52,237 nucleotides of DNA from Catajapyx aquilonaris. Lineage: Eukaryota. Positions 46,518-52,237 of this stretch are shown piece by piece. The DNA lies in contig JYFJ02002723.1 of NCBI GenBank assembly GCA_000934665.2, forward strand, positions 1-52,237, in the 5' to 3' direction. The translations under genes were made by a program, and so were the position numbers. Within the stretch, counting starts at the first letter, position 1; each line of letters opens with the position of its first letter. The notes under the pieces were generated by a model, which saw only the letters and a program-made list of their open reading frames with translations, was not told the DNA's origin and did no database searches.

Positions 46518-46857
46518 TTTTTTATTTATTTATTTTATCCCGGATGTCCCTTACGGGAGCTATAGGGGGTGGCATACCACCATCAGTTTTCTGTATATAT
46601 TTTCACTTCATTCTTCGGTGCAAGGAAACAGGGACAATGGGAAAGGATAGGGATTTTTGGGGAGAGAACATGGGTGCAAGGTGCAATGTCGTAGCTACGG
46701 ATCATGTGCTGTTCCCCAGGAGGTTAGGTTGCCAGACACCTCCTTGGTGCAGGTCAGAGTGACGCAGGTGAAAGGAAAGTTCGCCAGGCGGGGATCGAAC
46801 CTGGGGCCTTTCACTCAGCAAGCCGAGACGTTACCATCTCGGCCACCACACCTCCCC
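46518..46857 (-). mobile_element. Family-1 SINE
   Basis: 16-bp TSD GGTGCTTATGTTAATA (46502-46517 / 46858-46873); head matches the 36971 copy. Confidence 0.88.
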
Positions 46858-48760
46858 GGTGCTTATGTTAATAGATGCCTCTACTCCCATCATTTTGGAA
46901 TGTAATACGACAGTTACAGAGCTCTTTTTGGACAAAATAATGCAAACAGGGGTTACAAATTGGAAGTAACGGATACAAATTCCATATTGGGTCAGTGTGG
47001 TTGCCAAGTGAAAATTTTCACAATCCTCGGGAAAATTCAAAACACCGCTGATTCTGATATATGCCACATTTCAATATTGTGAATAGAATTATTGGTGGCT
47101 ACTCGTATGTCTCACGTCTTGTGGCTAACCAAATGTTATTATTTTTAAAGCCTTCCCATATCCATGGCCTGGGAATGCTTTCTTGTCAGAGTGAACCACC
47201 GACTGACAGCCCAAGTCCTCTTTGGTCTTAAAAAAATTTCGCTTGCATTTGAATTTGAATTAAAGGGTGTTCAACACAGTCATGCCAATTCTGGTTTGTC
47301 CACTTGTTCCAATGACACTCGATGTGACAATTTCTTACGAGAAATTCTATCAAAAATAGGAAATGACAAAACTCGACAACTTACTATTTGAAATAGTTGT
47401 CAGTTGCTGTTTTGCTTGTAACCTAATCGGTCAAAGCCCACCGAAGAAAATTGTAACATCCTTTCTCATTCCGCCATCTGTCGAGACGAAAGTAAAACAT
47501 CAAATTCCGACTGTTGTAGTTGCCACCTGCTGTGTACAACTTGTACCACATTTACTGCTAATTGGGGATTCTTAGTTGCTTACCACGCATTGGACATAAA
47601 TTTACACCTGTTTATATCATTACATTTTCGACGTCTGCCATTTGCGCCTTAACAGTGCAGCACAAAATGTGATAATGTATCAAATCATTATTCCCCCTCT
47701 TCCCCTGCCCTTTATGGATCAGAGTGGATCTAAGTGTCTCTTGGGATGGATTATGATGAGTTGGTAATCTCCTGAGTCAGAAGGGAAGCTTCTGTGTCAT
47801 AATCCCCCCTCCATCCTACCACCCTCTGAAATAATGGCCAAATTTACATGCCTAATGGATACAGTCCGCAGACACCGCGCCTAAACAGGCTCTTAGGCGA
47901 GACCTATAACCTACGCCATATGCAACATCAGTTACAGTCACAGACTGTGAGTATTACGGTTTCCATTTTACATCATTATTATTTAAATTAGAAAACTGCT
48001 ATCATATTATATGATAATAAATTTTAAAATTAAATTCTCCACATTTTGCAATTTGTCGTTGATAAATCTGTACATTTGAAAATCCTAAATTATATGTACG
48101 AGTTGTAGGATGCTGTTCCTATTCACAAACATATGGGTTCGCACCCTGTATCTGACGTAGGTGAGAGACTGAGAGTCTTGCTAGATCTATTTGGGCCACG
48201 GTGGGTATGATTCAATTAGGGAAAACAATTAGATGAGAGGAACGGGGTTACGAGCGTGAGTCTGCTTCTGTGTCCAACCGGTTTTAATCTACCGGAACAG
48301 ATGAAAATCTGCATAAGGTACAGTACGTAGTTACATATTACCAAGGCGCGACCAATATTTCAAGGAAGCATCATTATGCCTCTGCAAGTGCACCTGCTAC
48401 TCTCACCAGCTGAACGTCGTCACCATCACTTAATCACCATCTCCACTTCTTCCCCATATCTCTAGCCATTCTGACTCATTTAAACCTCTCTCAACCCTCA
48501 CGAAATCCATCTCCCCCCCCCCCCCAATAAATGTTACCCTTACTTGCAACTCAAGGGTTACTCTGTACAGTGCATTGACTTTTTGAAACACTTGAGAGGA
48601 TTGTAATTGTGTCCATTAATTAATAGTTGGCGGAAAATTAACGTAGTCCTACGCCTCAGAAGCATGCAATGAAAAAATGTCACTTAGCATCAAATCTCCG
48701 ACAATCAGTTCAATCAGAATCTGGAGCAATGTTATCTTCAGTGGTGAATAAATATAATTA

Positions 48761-49452
48761 TGGCGTGTTCAAATGAAACATAAAGTGAGGCAATATCTCA
48801 GGAGCTATTTGTCTCAGCTGAGTGCTAGTGGTATATCTGAGTATGGCTAATTTATGCAGAGTCGTTAGTAGTCAGTATGCATGTAGTGGGAAGGAGAGCA
48901 TTTTATGCAAGTCTCCCAGGGCTATGGATTCGTTCAAACTTGCACAACTCGCCATCATCCTTTTTCCTCATCAAGAACCTTCACCAGTGGACATTGTCCA
49001 TTGGATGCAGAAGGTCCATGGGAATGTCTGTTTCAACCGCAAGACTCTCTTCAAAAGGTGTAGGGAATTTTTGTCCAGACGTGTATGCGTGAAGGACCTT
49101 TTGAGAGAACATTTCCTTAGTGGTTTTCTGCACCAACCTGTCCCCCAAGGTGTTGTGGATGAAGCAGGCTTTCCCATATGTCCTTGGCATCCAATGGACA
49201 ATGGCCACTGGTGAAGGTCCTTCCTTGATGAGGAAAAGGGATGATGGTGAATATTGTGCCTGCTTGGACGAATCCATAGCCCTGGGAGACTTGCATAAAA
49301 TGCTCTCCTGCCCACTAAATGCATACTGATTACTAACTACTCTGTATGAAAATTAGCTATGCAAGGGCCTACTCAGAGATACCACTAGCACTCAGCTGAG
49401 ACAAATAGCTCCTGAGATATTGCCTCACTTTATATTTCATTTGAACACACCT
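48761..49452. mobile_element. Mariner-derived foldback element; both arms carry the transposase 5' end
   Basis: Inverted arms GTGTTCAAATGAAA..GCAATATCTCAGGAGCTATTTG... Left arm encodes MDSFKLAQLAIILF..SPVDIVHWMQKVHGNVCFNRKTLFKRCREFLSRRVCVKD (mariner N-terminal HTH-like); right arm encodes MDSSKQAQ..LIKEGPSPVAIVHWMPRTYGKACF. Confidence 0.8.
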
Positions 49453-50499
49453 ATTACATGCTGCAGACGAAAGACCTACTCTATATTACGTGCATATTTT
49501 TAAATGTCTTGGAGTGCCTTGTTGTTAAGACTACTATGATGCTGTCGTGTTTGTGTGGTTAATTTATGTAATAAATAAAAATATTGTATGCAGTAAGCTT
49601 TAAAAGTAATTACTGGTTTAATAAAAGCACAATATATTATGAGATGTGCATTTTGCCACCTCGTGAATGATAACCCTGAATGTCTGCATATTTATATCTG
49701 GTTAAGTGCAGTTGAAATGAGAAAGCAATCAATTAAATACGGGGCAATCTCTCTATACCTGACCTGGGTAGAGAGAAAACTTTTCAATTACAGATACTTC
49801 AGCTTCGTCCCGAGTGAATATTTTACGCTTCATTTGTATCACATACGAGTAATAGTCATAAGCTATAACAAATCTTGTTCAATATGAAATGTTTTTTCTC
49901 AAGGAACGATTCCTATAAGTTATTGGAAGTTTTCATGGTCAGTAGCCTACGGTACTTCAATGTTTAGAGGGAAAAAACGTAATGGGTAAACAAAACGAGA
50001 CAATTCATTATAGGCCAGTAGACGAGTTGGGGCATATCAAAAACGTTTATCGCGTATCCCCATGTATCTTCCGCTCCCTTGTGGCGGTTGGATCCGAATA
50101 GATCTGGACGGGAGTTCCTTTGGGAATATCTCCTGGCTCCCCTACATAGACTACCACATTTAGTCGACTAGCGATAGAAATTACTTTCCCAGATTTCATC
50201 CGTTTTTCTTCTTACATTTATTCAGTATCCACATTTGAGTGGGTTCAATAGCTAACCTCCTTTTTCATCCGGTAGCTATTTCATTCTCATGCATAAAACA
50301 TATTTTGTTCTCAGTCGATTTTAGGACAGAACAAATGTCGGGGAAAGTACATAAAAGTGAAAATAATCATACTACAAAATAATACTGCAAAATAATTATA
50401 AATATATTTATTATTAAATAGAAGCAAATCATACATATTGTGATCATAAATGTAGACTCGATTTTGTGCAGTGATTCGTTTTGATCAATAACATGGGGC

Positions 50500-51900
50500 T
50501 TACGTTGCCCTTTCCTTGTGGACAATGCATACCTGCGTATGCTGCTAACAATATACGGTACTGTACCAAAATTCATCTGACTAGGGACTAAGTTATAAAA
50601 AAGCCAAATAAGGCGCAAACTTTGGCTGGATGACGGGACATCTACTGTATTCTGGCCGAACTTCATAACAAACTCCCATACCGGCAGTGCATCCACACTA
50701 CTATAGATGTCACCCGCGCCTTGTGCATCCTCCATCAGGCCTCCAGAAAGCAATTCTGATGCATGGCGAATCCCAGTGTCCCACTAGTGAGTCTGAGGCA
50801 TTAGAGACATCTGTCCAGCTTATGGTCTCCCCACTCCTATTGTCCTTTGTTTCAGAGGCTGCAGGTCAGGCTTTAGCATGTTGTCGACCGGCAAAGAGGA
50901 CCCAGCGAGTGAGGAAGAGGGATCCTTTAATGCCCCAACTCGTTAGGCCAATGCCGCTAAAGTGCTTTTCCTAATCAGCAAGCAAGTGGCGCAAACCCAC
51001 ACAGGTTGTAAAGCAAGAGAGTCGAGCCGGCCTTGTCCTGACGATGGAAGCGCAACCATTACTTTCTTTCATGTCGCTTCATGCACTACCTTCCGGATTC
51101 ATTAGTGACTCGTATGACACGGGTTGTGCTAGGCGATGAGACCATCACAGTAAACCAGGTTTCATTGCGAGCTGTTCTTCTGTGTCATTTTCACACTGCG
51201 AAAGTTGGAACATGTGTGTTTGCATTCCAGATGCAGGACAGATGTAATCTCTACAGAACCTGATCGCTCTACGAGAGATTTATGGGTCATTAGGCTCGAG
51301 GAACCTTTTCGTCACAACCATTATGCAAATTTGAGCGACAGTTAACGAGTCAAGCTACAGGTGAAGGTGACCGGTGACTTAACAATTCAACAATGAGCTA
51401 ATGTGACACCATTTGTTAAAATAAAGACCAGGTTTAATGTTTTTATCCAGGTTACCTTAAAGAGGCTGCCGGAGGCTGCGTCAAATGGTAAAATAAAATC
51501 AGCTACCGCACTTCTTTCGAAGTATAATATTTTCTTTAAGGCAATCGATCAATCAACTTCTGCCAACTCCGTTGCAATACAGTGTTTCCTGCTAGATAGG
51601 CCACCGTTCCATAGAGATATGTTTGGAAAAACGGGATACCACAAGGGATAATACTCCCTTCTAACCCTAACACCCCTATTGATTCTGATCGGCTTTGCAT
51701 CTCAGAATAATTTTTGTTTGTTCTGGCTTTCACATTATTCAGATACGTACTTGTGACAACAGATCTCCTTGTCGCATACCGCAGAGACGAGAAAGAACTC
51801 ATTGTCGCTAGGGGTCATTTAGCCAGGAGTACGTATATAGTACTGTACTACGTATATCGAGTACCGGACAGCTCCGACAGTGAGCCTATATTTGTGTAGC
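50500..51900 (-). pseudogene. Highly degraded non-LTR retrotransposon ORF2 (APE endonuclease and linker; CR1/L2-like)
   Basis: Motif remnants in the expected order on the minus strand: SWLND..DNEFF, SIIPCG..FPNISLW (cf. ILCGDFNFPNIxW), HLTQ..KTLNLVF..TN (cf. TLDLVFTN), TWFT, VWEFVMK..VPS. Many frameshifts. Confidence 0.4.
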
Positions 51901-52237
51901 TTGTTGCTCCCCGATCCAGGTGCCACGTTACTCCCAGGTGGTCGAATATATATGTTTCTATAGAATAGGGCACCTGGTTAGGGGCACAACAAGATTAGTT
52001 ACAAAAAAATCAGCTTCGAGCGAAATTTCCTATATCTAAAGGCCATTTCACAAAAAAAAATGTCGCGCGGCAAACGGCGCGACTTGCGGCAAATTTTTAT
52101 TTATATTTATTGTTGCCAATTGTTGGCAACAATAAATATAAGTAGTAGCCCACTGCATATTACGGAGCCTCATGGAAAAATTCCGCAGTGTCGCCACCGT
52201 CTATGCGAGTTTAACATGGGAAAGCGCCACTGCGGCC

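Noticed and set aside
47100..47700. Possible decayed coding sequence on the minus strand
   Set aside because: Stops in the frames I checked and no recognisable motif.

Overview
Eukaryotic, probably arthropod/insect, repeat-dense genomic DNA. There is one intact host gene: a 10-coding-exon pickpocket-type DEG/ENaC channel on the + strand (7100-14169, about 616 aa by my manual splice model). Almost everything else recognisable is transposon-derived: a frameshifted Academ-like transposase (minus strand, 471-~4450), a decayed CACTA/EnSpm transposase with its terminus (43112-45163), a faint LINE ORF2 relic (~50500-51900), several tRNA-derived SINEs with clear TSDs, Helitron/Helentron ends, and many MITE/foldback elements (Tc1/mariner, piggyBac, hAT/P-like). 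From ~22 to ~42 kb a composite CACTA-derived unit is present three times (copies A, B, C). Each copy carries private insertions, which gives filled/empty-site proof of many elements. Most notable: polarisable TA>TAGGCCTA/TAGCCTA/TAGGCTA micro-insertions that look like excision footprints of an element not seen intact here, a modular SINE set sharing a central core, and a mariner foldback made of two 5' halves. I see no prokaryotic operon or CRISPR array. All family assignments rest on motif recognition by eye, not database searches.
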